64,000 nt of DNA from a virus (IMGVR_UViG_3300031920_000341:144267-208266), one strand, 5' to 3'. Numbered from the stretch's first letter, positions 21,901-32,147 are shown. Translations and numbers: made by a program. The notes: generated by a model from the sequence alone, not told the origin.

Positions 21901-22384
21901 TGATGCTGAAACTATTACTGGTTCTTACCGTAAAATGATAGAGGACGTTGTTAAGTTAGCTAAGCATGAAAGTAAACTTGGCAAAGTCGCAAGTCATATG
22001 GAAAGCATAAGTAACTCCATGATTGATGTGGTTAGTGCGTTTGATAAATTATCTAGTGATAAGTTAACAAGAAGCAAAGAATTCTTTGATTCACTTGTTG
22101 CAATGGAAAAGATTAATGCCGATACATTTAAGGCAAAATTAGATTCTACAAAGGAACTTGTACAAAGCCTAGAGACAGCTAGTAATAGTAATCCGGTTGT
22201 AGCATCTAATGCGGCACAAAATGATGAAACATCTAAACGTATTGAAATATTAGAAAATGGACTTACTATAATGCAAGAAATGATGGCTGCGATACATGGA
22301 ACATTGGAAACCATTAGTACTACATTACAAAGCAATACGCTTAAGGTTGACGTTGTAAGCATGGATCAGGATATAAATTTATAA
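18947..22384 (+). CDS. tape measure protein (probable)
   Basis: 1145 aa with N- and C-terminal coiled-coil segments, a central series of hydrophobic Gly/Ala-rich helix repeats (4 exact-period 58-aa repeats ...EWKKQGLEWEDIAIIGATV...GASMWVIGWGIS...) and a second repeat family (NWTEEDSLSIEMAVATLKSAFGGG x3). Architecture typical of tape measure proteins. Confidence 0.55.
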   Translation: MADYSKELYSKLSNIENLMLNSVKVLLEESEKQTNALISITDILRQTNEKPTEPDATKTSEGAVGSLKNLFTDAFTEGFKTFVDILPDFFKGINEFSSADTEEFTKFISDMNKALTLDGKYDDPKKMGKFYKAVGETYELLSTSIENFSRGLIFFAKAEKLNAPKNFIKFTEKFFDKKFLKKLDPKKARKAGLAYTAMGNGILRFAISLAISTPLLIIGLPALAIALPVMMGLTAYFTWLGKFNKGIKRGARAMRDMGIGMMAFTASLAMMRYVRPEDLVLALGVIALFTVLVGAIMLLNKFTGGKMKDSAKMMIAAGIGLATFAGAIMLMQFIPEGSISTSFKVIGIFVLFMGAMMLISKLGKGKMKDNAKALLMATVSIGILAGAIMLYKFVDTEDLIKAGLSITVLSLVLFVLSKQKNVKKSAAALLITSISLGILAYTIQMFEDVEYSQIFKAGVALAVIGLAMRTIGKGSTKILKGTLALTAVSASLYVLGLSIREWKKQNIGWEDIGIIGATVAMLGVIYFIAGKAWTSILKGSLAMAAVGASMWVIGWGISEWKKQGLEWEDIAIIGATVVGLGVAYAIAGLAIAPILLGSLAMTAVGASMWVIGWGISKWKKQGLEWEDVGIIGATVAMLGVEYAIAGLAIVPIALGALAMAAIGVSMWVLGWGINKWNSHELDMEDVGVIGATVAMLGVEYAIAGLAIIPIAAGAVAMALAGASLWVVGWGLGKFLEAAGGWDEDDSKSLELAMLSIKAAFGGGGGLLSSLWATATGVVDTVAIAANAAGILIGAATLYEVSDSLKEIKTLNWTEEDSLSIEMAVATLKSAFGGGQSFLKSMGNFVSGVIDTGSAATQMNTLERSAESLVTIKESLERARGLNWTEKDSKSVELAVASVKAVFGGGKGITGAIGNFIVSSLDKKTAKNEFESLRGTGDEIMQLVEIMGSIQDLQKSKFTIEDSQRYLTGVVKAFTGPFDGGKLKARDAETITGSYRKMIEDVVKLAKHESKLGKVASHMESISNSMIDVVSAFDKLSSDKLTRSKEFFDSLVAMEKINADTFKAKLDSTKELVQSLETASNSNPVVASNAAQNDETSKRIEILENGLTIMQEMMAAIHGTLETISTTLQSNTLKVDVVSMDQDINL
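20450..21145 (+). repeat. 4 x 174-bp in-frame tandem repeat inside tape measure gene
   Basis: Units begin TGGAAGAAACAA at 20450, 20624, 20798 and TGGAACTCACAT at 20972; exact 174-bp period, ~80% identity; each encodes a 58-aa hydrophobic module. Confidence 0.8.
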
Positions 22385-22392
22385 TATAAAGC

Positions 22393-22752
22393 ATGGAAAA
22401 AAACATAAAACAAACCGTAATTAGCTTAATTGATGATTACAATAGAACAAATTATCGACTTGATTTAATTGAGCGTGATGTTAATGTTCTTAAACAAAGT
22501 TTAGTTAAAATTTCAAGTATTCTAAATGATTCTGAAATTATGAATTCAGCTGAAATTTTAAATGCAAACATTAATGATGTAGAACGTAAAATTACCGTAC
22601 TTGAAAATGAAAAAACAGAAACTGTTGAAATATTAGAAAAACTTCGAGATAAGGAATACAAACTTATGGTAATTTTAAGATCTGATCCTAATCATAATGA
22701 AACGGAGTTTCAAGAAAGTATATTAGTTATGCTTAATGAACAAAAAAAATAA
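22393..22752 (+). CDS. hypothetical coiled-coil protein
   Basis: 119 aa. Confidence 0.35.
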   Translation: MEKNIKQTVISLIDDYNRTNYRLDLIERDVNVLKQSLVKISSILNDSEIMNSAEILNANINDVERKITVLENEKTETVEILEKLRDKEYKLMVILRSDPNHNETEFQESILVMLNEQKK

Positions 22753-22758
22753 TAAAGC

Positions 22759-23568
22759 ATGGTATTATCATTAATTTTAAATAAAGCATGGACATTCATA
22801 ACAAAGAAAGGCGGATGGAAAATATTAGTTGCAATAGGTATATTTTTACTTATTATGTGGAATGTTAATTTAAGACGTTCCAATAATGAAAAAGATGATG
22901 TTATTGAAACACAAAAAACCGAATACTCTCAAAATATGAGAGCACTTACAGAAGAAATGTCACTTGTTACAAATAAGTTAGGTGAAGTAGAAGCTAATAG
23001 TGAAGTATACATGGCTTCACAAGAAGACCTTATTGCATTGAACAGTGATTTATCAGATGAAATCAAGAAAGTTAAAGGTGATGTTATATCAGTAATAAAA
23101 TCATCTGTTGCTAGTGCAATAGATTCACTTAAAATACAAAATGAGATAAATTTATATAATGATAGTACATTTGGATTAGCATTTAATAGCTCAATGGAAG
23201 ATAATGGATTTAAATATACAATAAAAGGCGAAAGTAAATTTGGTGCAAGTATAATTGATAATAAAATTAATATTGTACCTGGTTTAACCGAGATACATCA
23301 AAATACATTTGAGATGGGTATCACATACGGATTCAAAGAAGAAGACGACCACTATAAAGTATTTGCAACATCACCATCTAGTTATGTAATAATCAATGAA
23401 TTAGAAGGTGCTCTTATATTAGATAAGAAGAAAGAAATTAAGAGAGTTAAACCATTAATTGTATTTGGTCCTAGTGTAGGTTGGTCATATTTGCCTATGG
23501 AAAATGTGCATGGTTTATCATTTGGTGTAACGGCTACTGTAAATTTGTTTGGAATGATTTACAAATAA
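22759..23568 (+). CDS. hypothetical membrane-anchored protein
   Basis: N-terminal TM helix WKILVAIGIFLLIMW. Confidence 0.35.
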   Translation: MVLSLILNKAWTFITKKGGWKILVAIGIFLLIMWNVNLRRSNNEKDDVIETQKTEYSQNMRALTEEMSLVTNKLGEVEANSEVYMASQEDLIALNSDLSDEIKKVKGDVISVIKSSVASAIDSLKIQNEINLYNDSTFGLAFNSSMEDNGFKYTIKGESKFGASIIDNKINIVPGLTEIHQNTFEMGITYGFKEEDDHYKVFATSPSSYVIINELEGALILDKKKEIKRVKPLIVFGPSVGWSYLPMENVHGLSFGVTATVNLFGMIYK

Positions 23569-23590
23569 ATAAAAATAAACAAATTATACA

Positions 23591-25486
23591 ATGCTCGAGA
23601 GCCGATTTATAAGACTTACTGATTATTGTGTAGTCGAATTTCAATTTTCTAATGTAGATTCACCGATTTTGACGTCTGCTGATATTGTATTTGTACAAAA
23701 TGAGCATATGAATATCCATCAGATATTCAATGATAATAATTCTACAACAAATAATATACAAGATAATACAGCCGTTCCCATTGGGGAAAATAAGTTCATG
23801 TATATTGATGAAGAAAAGATTCCTGATTACATAGATGCCGATTCAAAATTACATAAGACTGAACTTGGCGAATTAATATTTGCTTATGATAAAGTAAGGG
23901 TTCATTTTGTGACCGGATTTGCATTTACTGAATATGAAGCATTGATATTTGGTGTAAAGAATCAAGAGAATGATGGTAAGTATAATTTATTTACAAGTAT
24001 ACTGTTAACTGAATCTATTGCTGATGGTATATTAACATTTAACCCTAAACCTTTATTTCTTACAGATGTAATATACGATAGATATATTGATGTTATAATT
24101 CCTTCAATTAAGAAAATAAATAAAGATTACTATAATGATGCATTTGTTCAAGCTGACCAGCTTGGTGCAAAAATAACAACTGATCTTGATAATAGTTATA
24201 ATGGATTTTCTGATAATTCACCCATTATTTTAACAATGGATGAAGCAACATCTAAGAAAACCATTTATATTGATAGTATACCATATGATCAATATACCGT
24301 AGAAAATCATAGTGAAGTTTCACTTGAACAGTATAATGAATTTGATTCATTAGGTGGACATATCTCTGAATCAGAAGATGGTGATTATATTGAAGTTTAT
24401 GCTACATATAATGGTGGCTTTCCTGGTGAGTTAATGAGTTATCTTAATTCAAAGAATCCACATGATGATTGGATTATAATACACCAACTATCTTTATTTG
24501 AGCAAATTGGCAGTAGCTTTCTTAATACAAATAAAATGATGTTCTATCAAGAAGATTCTTATGATGAACCTTATCTTATTAGACCTGTATTAAAATATGC
24601 ACATAATGCTTTAAGTTTTTCATATGATTATATTATAAGATTGGTTAATCAAAGAGACGGCACGCAAATAATAAGAAGTGCATCGTTCAGTTCAACTAAT
24701 CCAAAGAAATATGGTAAGAATATTGTACCAATACAATTAGTTACTAATATTGTACCACATCGTGTATATAATAAATTGATAAAGAAAAGTTTTGAATCTG
24801 ATTTAATGTATATTCCAGATGAAACTCTTAATCCACCAATTTCAAAAAGCATACCAGTTGGTACATCTACTGTAACAAAAATATTTTTACCAATGTTTGT
24901 TTCAAATGCAAATGTAACTGTTTCTGATATTAATATAAATGTAAACAATACTGATGATTCTGAAACATTAATTTATGGACAGAATGAATTACATGTAATA
25001 TTAAATCCGTTTGATAACGTATTTCGTTTTTATTTCTTTGAAAAGAAAGATGATCAAATGTCTCCATTTAATCTTAATGTAAGCGATAATTATAAATTAG
25101 TATTTATGAATGGTTCTGAAGAAGTTTCGGTTAATCGTACAATATATACTACAACAGATGTTATAGTAGATACTACACATAATATAAAGGGTGAATTGAT
25201 TTTTGTATTTCCATCTGAAAGTGCTAAGAAAATTCTTAATTCGGATAATAGGAATTTTTATATAACAACTTCAACAGCAGAAAATGTTGAAACGGTATTT
25301 TATCATGGAGTATGGAATCCAGTAGAGGAGAGTAATTATGTTAAACAATTAAAGCAACAAAAAAAGGACGATGCTTTAGTTCTTGAAGAAACAATTGAAA
25401 CAGAAAATGATACTGGGTCAACAATAGATCCAGCAGTTTTAAATCAATCTATTGAAATAGCAGGTGATATTTCGGCTGGCGCTTAA
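23591..25486 (+). CDS. hypothetical structural protein
   Basis: 631-aa ORF in the morphogenesis region. Confidence 0.35.
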   Translation: MLESRFIRLTDYCVVEFQFSNVDSPILTSADIVFVQNEHMNIHQIFNDNNSTTNNIQDNTAVPIGENKFMYIDEEKIPDYIDADSKLHKTELGELIFAYDKVRVHFVTGFAFTEYEALIFGVKNQENDGKYNLFTSILLTESIADGILTFNPKPLFLTDVIYDRYIDVIIPSIKKINKDYYNDAFVQADQLGAKITTDLDNSYNGFSDNSPIILTMDEATSKKTIYIDSIPYDQYTVENHSEVSLEQYNEFDSLGGHISESEDGDYIEVYATYNGGFPGELMSYLNSKNPHDDWIIIHQLSLFEQIGSSFLNTNKMMFYQEDSYDEPYLIRPVLKYAHNALSFSYDYIIRLVNQRDGTQIIRSASFSSTNPKKYGKNIVPIQLVTNIVPHRVYNKLIKKSFESDLMYIPDETLNPPISKSIPVGTSTVTKIFLPMFVSNANVTVSDININVNNTDDSETLIYGQNELHVILNPFDNVFRFYFFEKKDDQMSPFNLNVSDNYKLVFMNGSEEVSVNRTIYTTTDVIVDTTHNIKGELIFVFPSESAKKILNSDNRNFYITTSTAENVETVFYHGVWNPVEESNYVKQLKQQKKDDALVLEETIETENDTGSTIDPAVLNQSIEIAGDISAGA

Positions 25487-25489
25487 TTT

Positions 25490-28336
25490 TTGCAGAAAGT
25501 CTTGGAAATAAATAATAAAAAATATAAAACTACAATGGTTTATGAAGTTTTGAAAACAGTTGGCACTTTAATAGCAGAGAATGACTCGTTATCTATGTCA
25601 CAAAATATTTCTCTTATCCTACAGAATGCAGGATTAAGAGCACAAGCAAAGCATCCAGAAGAAGAAATTCTGAATGAATTAAAAAATCAAATGGCAGCAA
25701 TTAACGAACAACTTAATAATGATATAGTCAAATCGATTGTTGAATTAGTTGAGGGTAAGATCATTGAAATGCAAAGACCTAATAAGTATAAAAATTATGA
25801 TATCATGTTAAATGAATATAACATGAATGATGTTGTAGTTAGACTTAAAGAATCTAGCGGTTACGCTGATCCAATATTAAAGGGGTTTGTTGATAATATG
25901 ACAACACAACTTAGTTATGCTAAAGTTCCACATTTCAAATATATTCCAGTTGTTCTTGACGGACTAAAGAATTTTGAAAATATTTCAGAAGTTAAATCTG
26001 AAACAGAAAAAATGCGTAAATATGTTGCTGATAATCATAAGAATTTACTTATTCTTGAAACAATATATGAACTTGATCGTACACCAGGTATAACATATTC
26101 ACCTCATATTGAAATGCTAAAAGAAGCATTGTTTACAAAGAATGTAAGTGCAGCAAGACTAACTAGTGGCTATAATAGTCTTCTTAAGACTCCTATTATT
26201 GAAAATCTAATAAAAGGTATAGCAAACGTAGAAAGTACTGAGATGGATACTGGTATGGATTCATTTACTGGTTCAAACAATCCGTATGTTAAAGTTAATT
26301 CATATGTTGGACCAGTTCTTAAAGAAGGTAAATCAATTACTATATTCTTTGATAATAACTATTTTAAAATTGCCGAATCAAACAAAGATATTAATGTTGA
26401 TGATTATACAAGTATAATTGAAAACAAAGAAGATCTATTTATTGGTGTAATGAATGAGAATAATGTTAATGAAAGTTATGTATCATTGGTTAAATCATTC
26501 AATAAATTACCGGCTAAATTTACAAATGAAGGTATTATATTTGATTTCAAACGTTTCACGACTGAATTCAAACTAAACGAAGATAATAAACTTGATATCT
26601 ATCTTAACAATACTAAGATTGATGAAGGACTTGATGATAAACTCGTAAGTAAATTATCGTTGTTACATCCATCAATTAAAAATAGTTTCAGAGCAGTACT
26701 TGAGAATATGGAAAATATTTTTTCTATTGATTTCGTGAAATTTGTTATTAACGAAAGAGTTAATGCCGAAACACCAGGTAATGGAATTTGTACAATTCGT
26801 GCCAATGAAACATTTGTTGTATATGAATATACCAATCAGTTACAGCGTAAGCTTTATAAGATGGACGATTATCAATATACTAACTATTTAATGGAAAACT
26901 ATAGGGTTGATGCATCTAATATTTTTAATGTTAAATTAACTGAGCGTGTTGAAGCAATTAAGTCATTAAGTACAAAACAAACTAAACTTACTAATGATAT
27001 TAGTGTACTTGAATCAAATGTTGATAAAATCAATAAAACATTAAATACTGATATACAAGAAAAACATCATGAAACATTAGTTACTCTTAAAGATGAAATT
27101 GAAGCTCTTATAATTAAAACCAATGAAGAGTTACTTGTATGTAAAGATGAATTATTAAAAGCATTACAACCTGAAAATTTAAATGAAGGCGATATTAATG
27201 CTGGCGATAGTGTAAAACTAACCGATGGTACTCTTGGTAGAGTTGTAAGCACAGCACCTGGTTTAGGTAAATATGTTATTGTAACCGAAAATGGAGAATC
27301 AAAAACAATCACTAATGAAGAGATTGATTTTAATACAAGTGATGTTAAATCCGAAGAAGAAACAGATGAAACAGAAGAAGAAGAAGATCCAGAAATAAAT
27401 CGTGAAGAAATAGTTGCTGAAAGTAAATCTTGGGATGAAGTAAAAGATAAACAGCATGATGCTAGTGGTTGTGATAAACCAGAAGAATGCACTTGGACTA
27501 TGACAAAAGGTACATATTATCCTGATAAAAAAGATGAAGATAAAAAGGATGATGATGAAGAAGAAGTTAACGAAAATGAAGAAGCTGCTACAGAAGTACC
27601 CGATGAAAATCAACCTACACAAGATAATGAAGCACAAGCTCCAGAACAAGTAGAAGGTGAATCAACTAATAATGATGATGCTAATGTTGATAATGATGAT
27701 GAGGAGTTAGATGATGAAGAAGGTGTAACTAAAATTGAAGAAGCACGAGTAGGAGCATCTACTAACATAACGAAAAAACATGGCAATAAAGTAAAAGAAG
27801 TTTCTAAAGAAGGTGAATTATTATTAGTAACAGTTACACTAACAGGTGAGAACGCTAAGAAATTCACATCGGTAGCTAAGAATTTACAAAAAGCCAAACG
27901 TGAACTTGATGCAGCAAAGGCAAAAGCCGATGAGGCAGATGCTAAAGTAAGATCCATGTTATCTGGAATGTTTTCAGTAGCAGATCAATTTGCAACAAGA
28001 ATAACAAAAACAGAAAGTATTACAGCTAAATTAAATAAAATGACTTCGGCCGAACGAGTTGATTATAAAAAGGTTGTAGATAAACTATCAATACAGAGTG
28101 CTAAGCTAGCTAAAATGGTTACTGAATTTAAAGGTGAATGTACAACAGGTGCAGGTAAATTTAAGAAAGAAGTGTTAAGATTAGATGTAAGTGAATCAAA
28201 GGTATCAGATGCGTTGAAACAACTTAAAGAAAAGATTAAGGAATATGTTACATCAATTAAAACTAAGGTTACAGAGTTCTTTGGAACATATGACACAGAG
28301 TTAAGTGCAATTAGTGCAGATATTTCAAAATTATAA
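25490..28336 (+). CDS. large hypothetical protein with coiled-coil segments and a poly-acidic tract
   Basis: 948 aa; D/E-rich low-complexity region (aa ~620-750); followed by intrinsic terminator 28363-28395. Confidence 0.4.
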   Translation: MQKVLEINNKKYKTTMVYEVLKTVGTLIAENDSLSMSQNISLILQNAGLRAQAKHPEEEILNELKNQMAAINEQLNNDIVKSIVELVEGKIIEMQRPNKYKNYDIMLNEYNMNDVVVRLKESSGYADPILKGFVDNMTTQLSYAKVPHFKYIPVVLDGLKNFENISEVKSETEKMRKYVADNHKNLLILETIYELDRTPGITYSPHIEMLKEALFTKNVSAARLTSGYNSLLKTPIIENLIKGIANVESTEMDTGMDSFTGSNNPYVKVNSYVGPVLKEGKSITIFFDNNYFKIAESNKDINVDDYTSIIENKEDLFIGVMNENNVNESYVSLVKSFNKLPAKFTNEGIIFDFKRFTTEFKLNEDNKLDIYLNNTKIDEGLDDKLVSKLSLLHPSIKNSFRAVLENMENIFSIDFVKFVINERVNAETPGNGICTIRANETFVVYEYTNQLQRKLYKMDDYQYTNYLMENYRVDASNIFNVKLTERVEAIKSLSTKQTKLTNDISVLESNVDKINKTLNTDIQEKHHETLVTLKDEIEALIIKTNEELLVCKDELLKALQPENLNEGDINAGDSVKLTDGTLGRVVSTAPGLGKYVIVTENGESKTITNEEIDFNTSDVKSEEETDETEEEEDPEINREEIVAESKSWDEVKDKQHDASGCDKPEECTWTMTKGTYYPDKKDEDKKDDDEEEVNENEEAATEVPDENQPTQDNEAQAPEQVEGESTNNDDANVDNDDEELDDEEGVTKIEEARVGASTNITKKHGNKVKEVSKEGELLLVTVTLTGENAKKFTSVAKNLQKAKRELDAAKAKADEADAKVRSMLSGMFSVADQFATRITKTESITAKLNKMTSAERVDYKKVVDKLSIQSAKLAKMVTEFKGECTTGAGKFKKEVLRLDVSESKVSDALKQLKEKIKEYVTSIKTKVTEFFGTYDTELSAISADISKL

Positions 28337-28362
28337 TTATTTTTCATTTTATATTATTTTTA

Positions 28363-28395
28363 GGGCCCAGGCATATGTTTGGGCCTTTTACTTTT
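28363..28395 (+). terminator. intrinsic terminator
   Basis: GGGCCCA-GGCATATGTT-TGGGCC followed by TTTTACTTTT. Confidence 0.65.
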
Positions 28396-28436
28396 ATTGT
28401 TGTTCTATTCCATGATATATAAAAATAAATGTTCAA

Positions 28437-29192
28437 ATGAAACAATATAAAAGAAATTGTCCTACTTGTAGTAAAGAATTAAATTATAAATCAAGGAGTG
28501 CATATTATATGGCAAATAAAAATGAAACAAATTGTAAATCATGTGGTGTAAAAAATCAATATAAAGATAATTTAACAAAAAATAAAGGTAAAAATAATGG
28601 GAGATTTGGCAAATCTTGTTATTCAATATGGGTAGATAAATATGGTAAAGTAGAAGCAGATATTAAATTACAAGAACTTAAAAAAAAACAAAGTATTAAT
28701 ACAAGTGGTATAAATAATCCAATGTATGGTAAAACATGTAGTAATAAATCTGGTGGAGGATGGTCAGGTAGATATAAACATTTATTTTTTAGAAGTTTAA
28801 CTGAATTATTTTTTATATTGGAGTTTGAAAAGCATAATATTATTGATAATTTAAAAAATGCAGAAACCAAAGAATATTATGTAAAATATAAGTATAAGGA
28901 TAAAATAAAAACATATAGACCTGATTTTGTATATGAAAATTGTATTTATGAAATTAAAAGTTTTAGATTTCCAGATACTGAAATTACATTAATAAAACAT
29001 GATTCAGCTGAAAACTATTTTAATAAAATTGGGTATAATTATAAAGTAATAAAAAATGATTTTTCAATATATAATTTTGTAAGACATACTTTAATTCGTT
29101 TAGTTAAAGAAAATATAGTTATATTAAATGAGTTAACTATTAAAAAATTAATAAAATATGCAGAACAGTCTAGATTTAAAATTGATATTTAA
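28437..29192 (+). CDS. zinc-ribbon protein with PD-(D/E)XK-like nuclease motif (homing-endonuclease-like)
   Basis: N-terminal CPTCS...CKSCG zinc ribbon; C-terminal YRPDFVYENCIYEIKSF resembles a PD...E.K nuclease core. Paralogous architecture to 60714-61571. Confidence 0.35.
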   Translation: MKQYKRNCPTCSKELNYKSRSAYYMANKNETNCKSCGVKNQYKDNLTKNKGKNNGRFGKSCYSIWVDKYGKVEADIKLQELKKKQSINTSGINNPMYGKTCSNKSGGGWSGRYKHLFFRSLTELFFILEFEKHNIIDNLKNAETKEYYVKYKYKDKIKTYRPDFVYENCIYEIKSFRFPDTEITLIKHDSAENYFNKIGYNYKVIKNDFSIYNFVRHTLIRLVKENIVILNELTIKKLIKYAEQSRFKIDI

Positions 29193-29706
29193 TAAAATTC
29201 CAACAGTAAATGAAATGAAACAAATACATACAAATATTTTATTGGATACATGTTCTAATTTTAAAGAACTAATGGAATTTATTCCACAAGATCTTTCAGA
29301 TTATATTAAAACATTAAAAAATGTACAACAGGATCCAGAATGGCATCCTGAGGGAAATGTGTACAATCACATAGAAATTGTTGTAAATAAAGCATTTAAA
29401 TATGACATTGATCTTATTTTAGCAGCACTATTTCATGACACAGCTAAGGATCGTACAACATACACTGATGATGAAGGAAGAGTTCGTTCACCTGGTCACG
29501 AAGAGTATTCTTTAGAAGTTGTTGATATGTATGAAGGCTGGATTAAAGAAATGGGTGCAGATTTTGGTATTGTACGTAATTTAGTGAAATATCATATGAT
29601 TATTAAGTTCCCAAATCAAATGGGTAGAAAACTTAAAAGTTTTTTAGAAAATAGTGATTTTTATGATAAATTAATACTATTCAGTAAATGTGACAAGATG
29701 ACATAA
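29158..29706 (+). CDS. HD-domain phosphohydrolase
   Basis: HPEGNVYNHIEIV...ALFHDTAKD = H...HD metal-binding signature. True start may be the internal ATG at 29215 (the ORF overlaps the upstream gene by 35 nt). Confidence 0.55.
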   Translation: MQNSLDLKLIFNKIPTVNEMKQIHTNILLDTCSNFKELMEFIPQDLSDYIKTLKNVQQDPEWHPEGNVYNHIEIVVNKAFKYDIDLILAALFHDTAKDRTTYTDDEGRVRSPGHEEYSLEVVDMYEGWIKEMGADFGIVRNLVKYHMIIKFPNQMGRKLKSFLENSDFYDKLILFSKCDKMT

Positions 29707-29724
29707 TTGTATGACATTATGTCT

Positions 29725-29760
29725 TACTTTTCTGTTTAATATATTATTCATATATTTGTA
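29725..29760 (+). promoter_or_regulatory. bipartite promoter-like element, copy 2 (TACTTTTCTGTTTAA-N11-TATATTTGTA)
   Basis: Same element, 28 nt upstream of ATG 29788. Confidence 0.55.
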
Positions 29761-29787
29761 CTTTTAAATTAATAAAAATTTATAATA

Positions 29788-30159
29788 ATGGAAAACATTT
29801 TTAGCGATGAGTTTAAAACTCTATTTACGCCATTTTTTAATCAATTATATGAAACACTACCACTCGCACGTGTTACATTTGAAAAAGAAGATGAGCATGG
29901 TATTATTGAATTTATATTACCTGGTTTTGAAAAAGACAATTTTTCTTTAACTTTACAAAATAACAGGAAATTAATTGTTGAATACAATAAACCAAATGAT
30001 TCTGAAAACGAATGGGATTTTTCATTCAAGAAAGTATATTCAATTAGTTTTGATATAGATTCTAAGAATGTTCGTGTTGGATTTGTTAATGGAATATTTT
30101 CTATTGAATTTAATGGTATTGATGCAGATATTATATCAGTAGACTTACCAATGGGTTAA
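29788..30159 (+). CDS. hypothetical protein
   Basis: Preceded by promoter-like element 29725-29760 and followed by bidirectional terminator 30164-30190. Confidence 0.4.
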   Translation: MENIFSDEFKTLFTPFFNQLYETLPLARVTFEKEDEHGIIEFILPGFEKDNFSLTLQNNRKLIVEYNKPNDSENEWDFSFKKVYSISFDIDSKNVRVGFVNGIFSIEFNGIDADIISVDLPMG

Positions 30160-30163
30160 AATA

Positions 30164-30190
30164 AAAAGAGGGACACATGTCCCTCTTTTC
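30164..30190. terminator. bidirectional intrinsic terminator between convergent genes
   Basis: AAAAAGAGGGAC-ACATG-GTCCCTCTTTTC: palindromic stem flanked by an A-run and a T-run, between plus-strand gene (ends 30159) and minus-strand gene (ends 30208). Confidence 0.7.
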
Positions 30191-30207
30191 TTACATTACT
30201 ATGATTA

Positions 30208-30567
30208 TTATAAAAGTGCACCAAATGTAGACTTGCCATTTATTATAGCATTTATAACTACAGCATACTTATGTTCTCCGTCTTTAATTTTATTAACGGC
30301 ATAATCAATTGCATAATTACGAGCTAATTCACAATATGTATTAGTTTGATCAACAAGAGCATTTGTGTATACCTTTGGTTCAAATCCATATGAAAATAAC
30401 TGTTCGGTTAATGACATACCAAAATTATATGAGCCCAATACTTCACCTGTACTAGTTAATAGTACCATACTCATTTGATATATTAGCGCTTCGATTTCAT
30501 TACTAATACTTAATATATCATCAGAATAATTTGGATCAGTTTCTGGTCTAATAAAAAATTCTTGCAT
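30208..30567 (-). CDS. hypothetical protein
   Basis: 119 aa, first gene (3'-most) of a minus-strand three-gene cassette. Confidence 0.4.
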   Translation of the reverse strand: MQEFFIRPETDPNYSDDILSISNEIEALIYQMSMVLLTSTGEVLGSYNFGMSLTEQLFSYGFEPKVYTNALVDQTNTYCELARNYAIDYAVNKIKDGEHKYAVVINAIINGKSTFGALL

Positions 30568-30580
30568 TGTTGTTTATATT

Positions 30581-31363
30581 TTAATCCTCATTGTCAAAAT
30601 CAAATTTAGGTATATCACCCTTTTTAGCAGAAGCAATCGCTGCTCTTTCCATGTCGGCATCACTTTTAACTAATTCTTTTTCTTCAGCTGCTGCATGTTT
30701 ATTTGCTGCTTTCCTTTCTTCTTTTTCTGTACTAAAAATATCATCTTTTTTAGCAGTATTACGTTTTTCAGCAGTAGTAGGAACTACATCTATATCAAAC
30801 CATAAAAGATATGGGCCTAATGGTTGATAAGGTTCAGCAAGTTCTTTCTTTTCAACTTTATCCCGAGCAATACTTTTATTTAAAACATCTCTATCTGATT
30901 TAGCAATAATATTAGGTTCTGGTAACATTGATTCATGATCAAGTTCCTTTTCAAATTCTTCATCGCTTTCGGGACGTTTATCAACAAATGTTAAACTTAT
31001 ATCCCAATCTGATATTTTTTCTATGAATTGTTCAACAGGATCATTAGTTAATGGTTCATGAAAACTAAGTTCATAATCAGCTATGTTATTTGTTTTAACA
31101 TATACTGTTGATGGAATACCAGTTTCTGGTTCAAATGTATGTTGTTTAACATTATATAATACTCCAGTATCATTACGACCTTTCAACATTCCATATATTT
31201 CATGTTTTATTTGTGCAACATCTTTTTCTGTAAAAAGTGGCGTTGAATCTTCAGTATCATCAATTTGAATTTCTTCTTCATTTAATTTAACTCTAAATTC
31301 ACCAAACGTATAAGGTTTATTATTTTCATTAAGAAAATCAATTTTATTAAGAAACTTATTCAT
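30581..31363 (-). CDS. hypothetical acidic protein with Lys/Glu-rich C-terminus
   Basis: 260 aa, minus strand, tightly spaced with neighbours. Confidence 0.4.
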   Translation of the reverse strand: MNKFLNKIDFLNENNKPYTFGEFRVKLNEEEIQIDDTEDSTPLFTEKDVAQIKHEIYGMLKGRNDTGVLYNVKQHTFEPETGIPSTVYVKTNNIADYELSFHEPLTNDPVEQFIEKISDWDISLTFVDKRPESDEEFEKELDHESMLPEPNIIAKSDRDVLNKSIARDKVEKKELAEPYQPLGPYLLWFDIDVVPTTAEKRNTAKKDDIFSTEKEERKAANKHAAAEEKELVKSDADMERAAIASAKKGDIPKFDFDNED

Positions 31364-31412
31364 AGTAAATGTATGTTTTTTTTATTTATTTTAATTTTTA
31401 GTATTAGAAACA

Positions 31413-32147
31413 TTACCAACGTTCTAGGAACATAAAGTCTGGTGTATTTTCTCCAACAAACATTTCTTCAACTTTAGCCATTTCTGTTTCGGCTTTTGTC
31501 ATCATTCTATCATATCTTAGCTTAACGCCACCCGGTAATTCAAATTCAAATGCTTCAAGCATTTCATTAAGTCTTAACTTAGCCTTTGCTCTAACATACC
31601 TTTGATATAGTTCATCATTATATAATGCTTCTGGTTCAATTGTTTTATATGTATCTATAACAACATTAACAAGAGGAGTCCTACCTTTGATTGCAAGAAG
31701 TCTTGTATTTTTATTATAATCAAATGCCATAGTATCAAGAACTAAATTCTTAGTTAAATCAAGAAATGAAAAAACAGCCGTTCTATACATTATACTCTCA
31801 CCCATAAATGGAGTAAGGAATATTTCTGATCCGACAAATTTTTGTTCTGAGAAGTCACGGTCAATTGTAGCAAATACCGAACCACCTTTTATTTCTTTAC
31901 ATTCAGTAACCATACGAATACAATCAGGTAGTTGAATTTGCCTGTGCTTTCTAAAATATTCGGTTCTAAACATTTCAAGTGGAAGCACCATATATTTGGG
32001 TTCAACAGAATGTCTCCAATTATCATAAAAAAATTCACGGGCAATTGTTAGGATACGTCCTATTTCTTTTTCATTAAGACTAAAGGGTAATGCGCCAGAA
32101 AAAGTAAGCTCATCATTTATATCTTTTATTAATTCTTGTTCGACCAT
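31413..32147 (-). CDS. hypothetical protein
   Basis: 244 aa, minus strand; divergent from the plus-strand genes starting at 32240. Confidence 0.4.
   Translation of the reverse strand: MVEQELIKDINDELTFSGALPFSLNEKEIGRILTIAREFFYDNWRHSVEPKYMVLPLEMFRTEYFRKHRQIQLPDCIRMVTECKEIKGGSVFATIDRDFSEQKFVGSEIFLTPFMGESIMYRTAVFSFLDLTKNLVLDTMAFDYNKNTRLLAIKGRTPLVNVVIDTYKTIEPEALYNDELYQRYVRAKAKLRLNEMLEAFEFELPGGVKLRYDRMMTKAETEMAKVEEMFVGENTPDFMFLERW

Noticed and set aside
27340-27740. Poly-acidic (D/E-rich) tract resembling a simple repeat
   Set aside because: It is in-frame low-complexity coding sequence within the 948-aa ORF (GA[AT]GA[AT] codon bias), not a distinct repeat element or CRISPR-like array
29704-29724. 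Inverted repeat GACATAAT...ATTATGTC after the HD-domain gene as an intrinsic terminator
   Set aside because: The palindrome is present, but it is not followed by a T-run; it abuts the promoter-like element instead, so it was not called as a terminator
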